Of a stretch of DNA of 64,000 nt, positions 39,778-49,337 are shown one piece after another. The notes beneath the pieces were generated by a model. It ran no database searches and was not told the origin of the DNA. It worked only from the letters and a program-made list of their open reading frames with translations. Made by a program: the position numbers and the translations under genes. Origin of the DNA: Desulfobulbaceae bacterium (GTDB lineage Bacteria > Desulfobacterota > Desulfobulbia > Desulfobulbales > SURF-16); contig JALNXE010000003.1 in assembly GCA_023230525.1 (NCBI GenBank), positions 7,037-71,036 of the forward strand, read 5' to 3'. Numbering within the stretch: position 1 is the stretch's first letter; each line of letters begins with the position of its first letter.

Positions 39778-40188
39778 ATGGTCGCTGCTAAGGAGAGATC
39801 TCGCTTCAAATTGCCTGACGGGCTGGCTGCAACGCCCAAGAGGCGGCCGGTGCGGGTGGCGGATGCGATCAGAAATGAGCTGGCCACCCTGCTCCTCTTC
39901 AAGGTGAAAGATCCGGCACTGCAGCAGGTTACTATTGTGCATGTGGAGATGAGCGATGATTTGAGCCGCGCCAAGATCTATTATGCCTGTGCTCCGGAAA
40001 TGGAAGGCAAGGTGAGTTCGGGTTTGCAGCGGGCAAAAGGTTTCATGCGCAGCCATTTGGCCAAGGAGCTGCGTATGCGTTATGCGCCGGAATTAGTGTT
40101 TTTTTCTGACCCATCAATAGAGTATGATGAAAAGATGCAAAAGATCTTTCAGGAGATAGCCAGCGAAAATGAACCAGGCTCTGTCTGA
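39778..40188 (+). CDS. rbfA: Ribosome-binding factor A
   Basis: RVADAIRNELATLL. Follows infB. Confidence 0.85.
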   Translation: MVAAKERSRFKLPDGLAATPKRRPVRVADAIRNELATLLLFKVKDPALQQVTIVHVEMSDDLSRAKIYYACAPEMEGKVSSGLQRAKGFMRSHLAKELRMRYAPELVFFSDPSIEYDEKMQKIFQEIASENEPGSV

Positions 40189-41146
40189 AATCATTCCTGT
40201 TCTCCGTAAGGCCGGCAACGTTCTCATCGCCACGCATGTTTTCCCGGACGCCGACGCCTTGGGGGCTCAGCTGGCCTTGGGGAATATTTTGCGGTCCATG
40301 GGCAAGGGCGTGTATCTCTACAGCGAGGAACCGGCGCATTACATACTGGAGTTCCTGCCCGGCTCCGGCAGGCTGAACATCGGCCTGCCCGAACTGGATC
40401 AATTTGACTGCGGCGTGGCCTTGGATTGCGGCGATGACATGCGGCTGGGCAAGGTGAAGGATTATCTGCTCAATATCCATCCCTTTGTGGTGATTGATCA
40501 TCATACGGGACATAAGAATTTCGGGGATATCCGCTGGGTTGACCCCGGCAAATCATCAACAGGCGAGATGGTGTATGACTTGGCCCAGGCCATGGGCGCC
40601 AACATCGATTATGACACCGCCTATTGTCTTTATTCCGCCATTGTCTCCGATACCGGCTCCTTCAAGTATGCGTCAACAACCGCCGATACCCTGCGCATTG
40701 CCGGAGAATTGATCGCAAAGGGTGTGAAACCGGCCGAGATATCCGGAAAGATTTTTGATAACTTTACCCGTAACCGTTTACAGCTTCTCCAGGAAGTGCT
40801 GGCTACCTTGGTTCTTTATGAGGATGAACAGCTGGCTGTTATCACGGTGAGCCGCGAAATGTATGAAAAAACCGGCACGACAGCCGCGGATACGGAGTTA
40901 TTCATCAATTACCCCCGCTCCCTTGAAAGGGTAAAAGTTGCCGCCTTTATTAAAGAGGCGAAAGAATATATCGGCGTGAGCCTGCGTTCCAAAGGTCTGT
41001 ATGATGTGTCGGAGGTGGCCAGGATTTTCGGCGGTGGGGGGCACCGCAATGCCGCCGGCTTTAAGTTGCGCGATAAAGACCTTGCCGGAGTGCAGAACGA
41101 GCTTCTGGCTGAATTGCATATCCTGCTCGCAACGCCACAGAAGTAG
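40169..41146 (+). CDS. nrnA: DHH/DHHA1 phosphoesterase (NrnA-like oligoribonuclease / pAp phosphatase)
   Basis: HVFPDADALG, VIDHH, FGGGGHRNAAGF. Confidence 0.8.
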   Translation: MNQALSEIIPVLRKAGNVLIATHVFPDADALGAQLALGNILRSMGKGVYLYSEEPAHYILEFLPGSGRLNIGLPELDQFDCGVALDCGDDMRLGKVKDYLLNIHPFVVIDHHTGHKNFGDIRWVDPGKSSTGEMVYDLAQAMGANIDYDTAYCLYSAIVSDTGSFKYASTTADTLRIAGELIAKGVKPAEISGKIFDNFTRNRLQLLQEVLATLVLYEDEQLAVITVSREMYEKTGTTAADTELFINYPRSLERVKVAAFIKEAKEYIGVSLRSKGLYDVSEVARIFGGGGHRNAAGFKLRDKDLAGVQNELLAELHILLATPQK

Positions 41147-41881
41147 ATGCAAGCCGATCCCCCGGGAGTTTTCCTGATTGATAAACCTGTTGGCCCTACC
41201 TCTTTTAGAATGGTCCAGCTGGTCAGACGGGCGTTGCAGGTAAAGAAAGTGGGTCACTCCGGTACCCTTGATCCTTTTGCTTCCGGGTTGCTTGTCATCT
41301 GTGCAGGCCGCCCGGCCACCAGGATCATTCCTCAGCTCATGGATGGGGAAAAGGAGTACACCGCCACCTTGAAGCTCGGGGTGGAGACTGACAGTCAGGA
41401 TCTGACCGGGACGGTAATCGGGCAGCATGACCTCAGCGGTCTGAGCAAGACCAGGATTGATGACTGTGTGTCGGCCTTTGCCGGCGAACAGATTCAGCAA
41501 CCGCCACAGTTTTCCGCCTTGAAACATCAGGGGAAACCGTTGTATTATTATGCCCGGAAGGGCATAAAGGTTGAAAAAGAACCGAGGCAGGTTTTTGTCA
41601 GAGAGATTGAAGTGCTTGACTGGCAGCATGATCTGTTGCGTATCCGGGTGGTATGCGGCAAGGGGACGTATATCCGTACCCTGGGGGCAGATATCGGCAC
41701 CGCCCTGGGCTGCGGCGCGCATCTCGTCGAGCTGCGAAGATTGCGCAGCGGTGTTTTTAACGTAATGGACGCCTTGCCGGGTGATGCCCTGATGCAGGAT
41801 CGGCAGGCCGTTTTTACGCTTTTGTTGGAATCTATGCTTCCTGTTGATGGTGTGCTCGCAGGATGTTTGAATAACGTGTAA
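41147..41881 (+). CDS. truB: tRNA pseudouridine(55) synthase
   Basis: VGHSGTLDPFASGLLV, GKGTYIRTL. Confidence 0.9.
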   Translation: MQADPPGVFLIDKPVGPTSFRMVQLVRRALQVKKVGHSGTLDPFASGLLVICAGRPATRIIPQLMDGEKEYTATLKLGVETDSQDLTGTVIGQHDLSGLSKTRIDDCVSAFAGEQIQQPPQFSALKHQGKPLYYYARKGIKVEKEPRQVFVREIEVLDWQHDLLRIRVVCGKGTYIRTLGADIGTALGCGAHLVELRRLRSGVFNVMDALPGDALMQDRQAVFTLLLESMLPVDGVLAGCLNNV

Positions 41882-41927
41882 TACCTTAATGTAACGAATG
41901 TCTATTATTTTGTAGGAGGATATAATC

Positions 41928-42197
41928 GTGTCGTTGGAACCTGTTCAGAAACAAGAAATTATTGAGAAATTTGCAACCCATAAAGATGATACCGGCTCGC
42001 CTGAGGTTCAGGTCGCCCTGCTCAGCGCCCGGATTACCTATCTGACCGAGCATTTTCAAACCCATAAGAAGGACCATCATTCTCGTCGTGGCCTGCTGAA
42101 GCTTGTCGGTCAGAGAAGAAGGTTGCTGAACTACCTGAAAGGGAAAAATCTGGATAGATACCGTCAGGTCATCAAGGAACTCGGCATCCGCAAGTAA
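41928..42197 (+). CDS. rpsO: 30S ribosomal protein S15
   Basis: GTG start with RBS GGAGGA. Contains [21 protein letters not shown] and [20 protein letters not shown]. Confidence 0.95.
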   Translation: MSLEPVQKQEIIEKFATHKDDTGSPEVQVALLSARITYLTEHFQTHKKDHHSRRGLLKLVGQRRRLLNYLKGKNLDRYRQVIKELGIRK

Positions 42198-42485
42198 GCT
42201 CTTTAGGAGCCGTTACGCAATAACATGGCCTTTTTTTCAATTTCGTTACGGCTCCTTATACCCCTCAAGGGGGTACTGAAAAGAGTGCCGTTGGGGCGCA
42301 TTTCTCTGGCCATGTTTTTTTTTACAACGGCTTTGGTGCAGCAGGTAAAAATCGACCCCGCAAATGGGGCGAGAAATGTGTATGCTTTTCTGCGCCTTTC
42401 AGTGTCGAGTCAGCCGTGGTAATGGTAATTTTTTGGAGCAATATCTTAATCATCCGCCATGCGGCAGGGGAGAGATATTGTAAAT

Positions 42486-42524
42486 GGTCCAGGATTCCTA
42501 GGAATCCTGGACTTTTATTATTTT
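42486..42524 (+). terminator. Strong rho-independent terminator about 290 nt after the rpsO stop
   Basis: GTCCAGGATTCC-TA-GGAATCCTGGAC (12-bp perfect stem) followed by TTTTATTATTTT. Confidence 0.8.
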
Positions 42525-42701
42525 AATCAGGGTTACGAATTAGGCCTGAGTAATGAAGCGCCGTACAGGCCACCCGGATCAAGTTTCACTGTCTCGCATT
42601 GATACCCCTTGAGGGTGAAAATCCTCTTTTGAACTTGTCTTCCCGGTGCTCAACCTGCTCTTTATTGTTCAGGCGTAGTTCGTAATCCGAAAGGTGAAAG
42701 C

Positions 42702-44795
42702 ATGTATAAAAAAGTTGAAGTTGAAATAGGCGGACGCATCTTATCCATTGAAACCGGAAAAATTGCCAAGCAGGCAAATGGCGCGGTTGTCGTTGCCTAC
42801 GGGGACAGCGTTGTTCTTGTCACGGCAACTGCCGCAAAAGAGGCTAAGGCAGATATTGATTTCTTCCCGCTCACCGTGGAATACCAGGAGCGTTTTTACG
42901 CGGTGGGGAGAATCCCCGGCAGTTACTTCCGCCGGGAAATCGGCCGTCCTACGGAGAAGGAAACCTTGACCTGCCGCTTTATTGATCGCCCGTTGCGGCC
43001 GTTGTTTGCCCCGGGTTATACCAATGAAACGCAGATCATTGCCATGGTGCTGTCGGCCGACAAGGAGAATGATCCTGACATTATGGCCATGGTAGGCGCC
43101 TCCGCCGCCTTGACCGTCTCCGACATTCCCTTCCTCGGCCCGATTGCCGGGGTGCGAGTCGGCTATATCGACGGGGAGTACGTGCTCAATCCCTCCAAGG
43201 AACAGCTGACCAGGTCCCGGATGGATCTGATCGTGGCCGGCAGCCGTAATGCGGTGGTCATGGTCGAGGGCGGGGCCGACAACCTCTCCGAGGAAGAGGT
43301 GTTGTCCGGTATTTATTTCGGTCATCAAGGCCTGCAGCCGCTGCTTGACATTCAGGAGGCCCTGCGCCAGGAGGTCGGCCGCGAGCAGATCAAAGTGACA
43401 GTGCCGGTACTTGATGAGGCCCTGCAGCAGAGGGTCGCCGCGATTGCCACCGCCGGCATGCAGCAGGTGATTACCACCGCCGACAAAATAAAACGGGGGG
43501 ATCTCTATCAGGAACTGGAGAAGGAAGTTTTTGCCGAACTGGAAAAGGACGAGGACTTTGCCGGACACCGGGCGGCCAAGGGAATTCTCCATGACCTGCA
43601 AAAGGTCATGATGCGCGACATGATCGTCAAGCAAGGCAAGCGGATTGACGGCCGCGGTTTTGCGGATATCCGGCCCATCAGCAGCGAAATTGCCATCCTG
43701 CCCCGGGCTCATGGTTCCGCCCTGTTTACCCGCGGCGAAACCCAGGCCCTTGTTTCCACCACCCTGGGCAGCGGTGAGGATGAACAGCGGGTGGAGACCC
43801 TGGGGGGCATGGAAAATCTGCCCTTCATGCTCCACTACAACTTTCCCCCTTTCTGTGTCGGCGAGGTTCGCTTCATGCGCGGACCCAGCAGAAGGGATAT
43901 CGGACATGGCGCCCTGGCCACCCGGGCCATCCAGGCGGTGTTGCCGGATGTGGGCAGCTTCCCCTATACGATCCGCATTGTCTCCGATGTGATGGAGTCC
44001 AATGGCTCCTCCTCCATGGCCACGGTGTGCGGCGGCTGCCTGTCCCTGATGGATGCAGGCGTGCCCATCAAGAAGCCGGTTTCCGGCGTGGCCATGGGCC
44101 TGATCAAGGATGGCGAGACCATTGCCGTACTCTCCGATATTTTAGGGGATGAAGATCATCTCGGCGATATGGATTTCAAGGTGTGCGGCACGGCTGACGG
44201 TATCACCGCCCTGCAGATGGATATCAAGATTGAAGGTATCTCCAGGGAGATCATGACCAAAGCCCTAGATCAGGCCAAAACCGGTCGCCTGCATATCCTG
44301 GGGAAGATGGCCGAGGCTATTCAGAAGCCCCGTGAGGAACTGCCTGAGCATGCGCCGAAGATTTTTTCCATGCAGATCAACCCTGACAAGATCCGGGATC
44401 TTATCGGCCCCGGGGGCAAGATGATTAAGGCCATTACCGCGGAATACGGCGTGAAGATCGATGTTGAAGATTCCGGTAAGGTCATGATTTTCGCCCCTGA
44501 CGGCATTGTCGGCCAGCAGGTCTATGACCGGGTGCATGAGATCACGGCAGAGGTGGAGATCGGCAAGATCTACAAAGGCACTGTGCAGAAGATTGTCGAT
44601 TTCGGCGCCTTTGTCGAGATTCTGCCCGGAACCGACGGTCTGGTCCATATCTCTGAGCTGGAAGACAAGAGGGTGGAGAAGGTGTCGGACATCTTGAAAG
44701 AAGGCGACGAGGTCATGGTCAAGGTTCTCAACGTGGACCAGCGGGGCAAGATCCGCCTCAGCCGCAAGGCCGCCATGGCAGAGCTGGCGGGTTAA
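42702..44795 (+). CDS. pnp: Polyribonucleotide nucleotidyltransferase (PNPase)
   Basis: 697 aa with two RNase PH domains plus KH and S1 domains ([28 protein letters not shown]). Confidence 0.95.
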   Translation: [697 protein letters not shown]

Positions 44796-44809
44796 AATCC
44801 TTGCCGCCA

Positions 44810-46081
44810 ATGCATCATAAAACGGTTTTTGCCAATGGGGTACGTGTGGTCAGTGAGCACATACCCCACGCCAAAACGGTCTGTGTCGGCATCTGGGTGG
44901 ATGTCGGGGCGCGGGATGAGCATGATCTGACCAACGGCTGTTCCCACTTTGTCGAGCATATGCTTTTTAAAGGCACCCCGAGCCGCAGCGCCAGTCAGAT
45001 TGCCATGGAACTCGATGTGCTGGGCGGCGTGTCCAATGCCTTTACCAGCAAGGACGCCACCTGCTACTACGGGATGGTGCTCGACAGCCAGCTGCCCCGT
45101 TTTATCGACCTGCTTGCCGATTTTTTTCTCAACTCGCTCTTTGCCGAGGAGGAGATAGAGCGCGAGCGCCAGGTTATCATGCAGGAAATCAGCATGGTGG
45201 AAGACACCCCCGAAGAGCAGGTGCATGAGCTGTTTGAGGGGCTGCTCTGGGGCCATCACCCTTTGGGCCATACCATTCTGGGTCCGATGGAGGTTGTCTC
45301 CCGCATGGACCGGCAGAAACTGCTTGACCACGTGAAAACATTCTATACCCCTGATCGTATCGTGTTTGCCGCAGCGGGCAACGTGCAACATCAGGAGTTC
45401 TGTGATCTGATAGCCGCTTGCTTTGCCTCTCTGCAGCGGCGGGACGGGGATGTCCGCCAACGCAAGCAACCCCATGAGCTGCCGCTGACCCGCAAGATAT
45501 TCACCAAACCCCTGGAACAGGTCCATGTGACAATGGGCACCTATGGCATGCCCATCACCAGCGAAGAACGCTACAGGCTGATGCTGCTCAATATCCTGCT
45601 GGGCGGCAATATGAGTTCCAGGCTTTTTCAGGAGATACGGGAAAAGCGGGGACTGGCCTATTCGGTGCACTCCTATCTTGATGCCTATGCGGACAGCGGC
45701 TATCTGGGCATTTATCTGGGGGTCAATCCGGATAACGTCAACAGGTCCCTGGCGGTCATCAGAGACGAACTCGATAAGTTGCGACATGGCCCGGTGTCCG
45801 CTGAGGAACTGGCCAATGCCAAGGATTATGCCAGGACCGGTCTTTTTCTCGCTGCCGATAATCTGGAGATGCGGATGACCAGAATCGCCAGAAATGAACT
45901 CTATTTTGGCCGCGATGTGGATTTTGATGAGGTGGTGGCCGGACTTACTCAGGTAACGGTTGAAGATGTTTGTCATCTTGCCGGGGGGCTCTTCGGCAGG
46001 GGAATGACCACCGCGGTGCTCGGCCCCGTAGCGGAGAAGGATGTGCAGTGGGATCTTCTTGCCGGCAGGACTGGCTCCTAG
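44810..46081 (+). CDS. M16-family zinc peptidase (insulinase-like)
   Basis: HxxEH motif in GCSHFVEHMLFKGT. The ATG is at 44810; the track ORF starts at a TTG at 44801. Confidence 0.85.
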   Translation: MHHKTVFANGVRVVSEHIPHAKTVCVGIWVDVGARDEHDLTNGCSHFVEHMLFKGTPSRSASQIAMELDVLGGVSNAFTSKDATCYYGMVLDSQLPRFIDLLADFFLNSLFAEEEIERERQVIMQEISMVEDTPEEQVHELFEGLLWGHHPLGHTILGPMEVVSRMDRQKLLDHVKTFYTPDRIVFAAAGNVQHQEFCDLIAACFASLQRRDGDVRQRKQPHELPLTRKIFTKPLEQVHVTMGTYGMPITSEERYRLMLLNILLGGNMSSRLFQEIREKRGLAYSVHSYLDAYADSGYLGIYLGVNPDNVNRSLAVIRDELDKLRHGPVSAEELANAKDYARTGLFLAADNLEMRMTRIARNELYFGRDVDFDEVVAGLTQVTVEDVCHLAGGLFGRGMTTAVLGPVAEKDVQWDLLAGRTGS

Positions 46082-46132
46082 CATGGCCCCCAGGCGGGAG
46101 CAGCTTCAGCAACACCCAGCGGAATAACCAGC

Positions 46133-46594
46133 ATGATGCAAAAACAGTCTACTCTTTCCCTACGCTGGCTCGATCCGGAGCAAAGCGCTGACCTGCCTTT
46201 GCCCGCCTACCACTCGGACCTGGCCGCCGGTATGGATGTGGCCAGTGCGCTGCGCGAACCCCTGCACCTGGCGCCGGGGGATATCTGCATGGTACCCACG
46301 GGTTTTGCCGTGGCCATTCCACCGGGTTTTGAGTTGCAGGTGCGGCCCCGCAGCGGTCTTGCCATCAAGCATGGCATCACGGTGATCAACAGTCCCGGCA
46401 CCATCGATGCGGATTACCGCGGCGAGGTGAAAGTGGGTTTGATCAATCTCGGCAGGAAAGCATTTACCATCAACCGGGGCGACCGGATTGCCCAGCTGGT
46501 ATTGGCCCCGGTCTGCCGGGCTCAGGTGCTGGCTGTAACGGCCCTGGACGAGACCGGGCGGGGCGATGGCGGATTCGGCCATTCCGGCATCTGA
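46133..46594 (+). CDS. dut: dUTP diphosphatase
   Basis: [38 protein letters not shown]. Confidence 0.9.
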   Translation: MMQKQSTLSLRWLDPEQSADLPLPAYHSDLAAGMDVASALREPLHLAPGDICMVPTGFAVAIPPGFELQVRPRSGLAIKHGITVINSPGTIDADYRGEVKVGLINLGRKAFTINRGDRIAQLVLAPVCRAQVLAVTALDETGRGDGGFGHSGI

Positions 46595-46654
46595 TTGCCC
46601 GGCCAATTGTTTTGTCCGGGCCGGCACCCCGATAAGATCCTCAGGGAATGACTG

Positions 46655-47455
46655 ATGCAGTTTTGCGTACTTGGCAGCGGCAGTAAAGGCAATGCCACCT
46701 ATGTTGCGGCCCAGGGCAGGGCGCTGCTCATTGACAGCGGCTTTTCCGGGGTGGAGATCGAGCGAAGGCTCGCCGCCATCGGCGTGGAAACCGCCTCTCT
46801 TGCCGCCATCCTGCTCACCCATGCCCACAGCGATCATATCAAAGGGGCTGCCGTTCTGGCCCGTAAATACAAGCTGCCGATCTATGCCAATAAAGGTACC
46901 CTTGCCGCAGCGGCAAAGTGCCTCGGCGCGGTACCTGCCATTTGCGAGTTCCAAACCGGCTCAAGCTTTCCTCTCCATCATTTCCATATTCATCCCTTTG
47001 CCGTATGCCATGATTGTGTCGATCCCGTGGGCTTTGTCATTGAAAACGGCTCCTGTGCACTCGGTTACTGTACGGATACCGGCATGGTGTCACGGCTGAT
47101 CCAGCATCGCCTGGCAGGCTGCAACGGGTTGATTATCGAATGCAACCATGATCCCGTCATGCTGAAAAACGGCCCCTATCCACTTCATCTGCAACAGAGG
47201 GTTCGTTCCAGTCACGGGCATCTTGCCAACGAGGAGGCGGCCCGCTTTGTGGCCGATCTCCTGCATGACGGCCTGCAGCATGTGGTGCTTGCCCATCTCA
47301 GCGAAACCAATAATCATCCTGACCTGGCCTATGATACAGTTGCCGCCGCCTTGAAATCCGGGAAAGAGGCCTTGACCGGCATCTCGCTGGCCTGGCAGGA
47401 CAGGGCCGGTGAACTGATCACCCTGGTGGACTGTGCCGGACATGGTGAAGATTAA
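46655..47455 (+). CDS. MBL-fold metallo-hydrolase
   Basis: LLIDSGFSG and THAHSDH (HxHxDH). Confidence 0.8.
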   Translation: MQFCVLGSGSKGNATYVAAQGRALLIDSGFSGVEIERRLAAIGVETASLAAILLTHAHSDHIKGAAVLARKYKLPIYANKGTLAAAAKCLGAVPAICEFQTGSSFPLHHFHIHPFAVCHDCVDPVGFVIENGSCALGYCTDTGMVSRLIQHRLAGCNGLIIECNHDPVMLKNGPYPLHLQQRVRSSHGHLANEEAARFVADLLHDGLQHVVLAHLSETNNHPDLAYDTVAAALKSGKEALTGISLAWQDRAGELITLVDCAGHGED

Positions 47456-48236
47456 AGGAAGCTTTCCCTGGAGGATCGGCGCCACCTCCTTTGTCATTCC
47501 CGCTGGCATTGAGGAGAATGTCCGATACCTGGCAGGCCGTGTGGATGATATCCAGCTGCTTTTTTTCGAATCTCCCGGTCACTGCCGCCTGCCGCAGCAG
47601 ATCGATGTCAACCTGCTGCAGGGACTGGCGCAGGAGCATGATCTCAGTTATACCGTTCATCTCCCCTCTGATATCCAGCCCGGCAGCAGTGAGGAAGGTC
47701 TAAGGCAAGCGGCGGTTGATGAAATTGTCCGCTTGATGGCTGGGCTTGCCCCGCTTCAACCCCTTTGTTATGATCTGCATCTCGCCTTGCAACCGGGGCT
47801 TGCCAGGGACCCATGGCTTGGCAATATTGATGATTTCCTCGGCCGGCTCAAAAAAGATCTCGGCCGGGAAAGGGCGCTGGTGGCCATAGAAAATATTAAC
47901 TACCCTTTCAACGAGGTGCGGCCGCTGGTGCGAGAACACGGATTTGCCCTGTGCGCGGATATCGGCCATGGTCTTTTTTATGGCGAGGAGCCGGATAGAC
48001 TTTTTGCCGATATCCCCAGGGCCGCCCATATTCATTATCACGGGATAAGAGACGGCAGGGACCACCAGGCCTTGGGGCCGGAACAGCAGGCCTGCTCCAA
48101 CCGTCTCGGTCAGGTTTTGCATGCCGCAGGCTTTACCGGGGTGGTAACCCTGGAGGTTTATCGTAGCGCTGAGCTGCAGGCCTCCTTAAAACATATTGAA
48201 GAAAGCTGGCTTCACTATCAACAGCAGAAGAGATAA
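47442..48236 (+). CDS. Xylose-isomerase-like TIM-barrel / AP-endonuclease-2 family protein; possible cobamide-remodelling phosphodiesterase (CbiR-like)
   Basis: HLP, IENINYP, ADIGHG and HIHYHG metal-ligand-like segments. It overlaps the MBL gene 3' end by 14 nt and lies 8 nt upstream of cobT. Confidence 0.5.
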   Translation: MVKIKGSFPWRIGATSFVIPAGIEENVRYLAGRVDDIQLLFFESPGHCRLPQQIDVNLLQGLAQEHDLSYTVHLPSDIQPGSSEEGLRQAAVDEIVRLMAGLAPLQPLCYDLHLALQPGLARDPWLGNIDDFLGRLKKDLGRERALVAIENINYPFNEVRPLVREHGFALCADIGHGLFYGEEPDRLFADIPRAAHIHYHGIRDGRDHQALGPEQQACSNRLGQVLHAAGFTGVVTLEVYRSAELQASLKHIEESWLHYQQQKR

Positions 48237-48244
48237 GAGGAAAT

Positions 48245-49306
48245 ATGCTACTGACCAACAGGGATGATCTGGCCGCGTGGTTAGAGGAAATTCAGCCGGT
48301 AGACCGGCGGATGATGGAGCAGGCCCAGGCCCGCCTGGACAATTTGACCAAACCCAGGGGAAGCCTGGGGGAGCTTGAAGTGCTGGCCAGGCGGATATGC
48401 GGGATCCAGAACACGATCCGGCCGGACCTGGGCCGTAAGGTTATCCTCACCTTTGCCGGGGATCACGGGGTGGCGGAAGAGGGGGTGAGCAGCGTGCCCC
48501 AGGACGTCACCCGGCAGATGGTCTCTAATTTTCTGCGGGGCGGGGCAGGGGTCAATGTGCTGGCGCGTCATGTGGGCGCAGAGGTGTGGGTTATCGATGT
48601 CGGCGTGGCCGCGGAGATGAATGAGGAAGGCCTGGTCTCGCGGAAGGTGAAAGCCGGTACGGCAAACCTGGCCAAAGGCCCGGCCATGGAAATCGATGAG
48701 GCATTGCAGGCCATTGGCGTTGGCGCGGAAACCGCCCGGGAGGCCATCAGCAAAGGGGCGAGGATTCTGGGAACAGGCGAGATGGGGATTGCCAACACCA
48801 CGCCGGCGTCCGCCCTTTTTGCCGCCCTGCTTGATGTGCGGGTGGAAGAAATTACCGGCCGGGGAACCGGCATCGATGATGCCACGCTTCATCATAAAAT
48901 CGAGGTGATCAAGCGCGCAATTGCGATTAACCAAGGGCATCTCCAGGGGCCGTTGGAAACCCTGGCAGCCTTGGGCGGGTTTGAGATCGCCGCCATCTGC
49001 GGCATGATTCTGGAATGTGCCCGCAGCCGGGTGGCGGTGGTGGTGGACGGTTTTATTTCAAGCGCCGGGGCCCTGGTTGCTTTGCAGCTGGAACAAAATG
49101 TGGCTGATTATTGTTTTTTCAGCCATATGTCGGCGGAACAGGGGCACCGCATTTTTTTTGAAAAACTTGGCCTTACTCCCATCCTCAACCTGGACATGCG
49201 GCTCGGGGAAGGGACCGGAGCCGCTCTGGCCATGGGCATCATTGAGGCCGGGGTGAAAATTATAAATGAGATGGCCACCTTTGCCGAGGCCGGGGTGAGC
49301 GCCTGA
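48245..49306 (+). CDS. cobT: Nicotinate-nucleotide--dimethylbenzimidazole phosphoribosyltransferase
   Basis: LDNLTKPRGSLGELE, GEMGIANTTPASAL, GEGTGAALA. Confidence 0.9.
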   Translation: MLLTNRDDLAAWLEEIQPVDRRMMEQAQARLDNLTKPRGSLGELEVLARRICGIQNTIRPDLGRKVILTFAGDHGVAEEGVSSVPQDVTRQMVSNFLRGGAGVNVLARHVGAEVWVIDVGVAAEMNEEGLVSRKVKAGTANLAKGPAMEIDEALQAIGVGAETAREAISKGARILGTGEMGIANTTPASALFAALLDVRVEEITGRGTGIDDATLHHKIEVIKRAIAINQGHLQGPLETLAALGGFEIAAICGMILECARSRVAVVVDGFISSAGALVALQLEQNVADYCFFSHMSAEQGHRIFFEKLGLTPILNLDMRLGEGTGAALAMGIIEAGVKIINEMATFAEAGVSA

Positions 49307-49337
49307 TAAGCGGTTCGATGAGACAAGGAACAAGCCC

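Noticed and set aside
42225-42422. 65-aa ORF in the rpsO-pnp spacer.
   Set aside because: It has no RBS and its sequence is dominated by the RNA helices described in the findings. A structured non-coding region explains it better.
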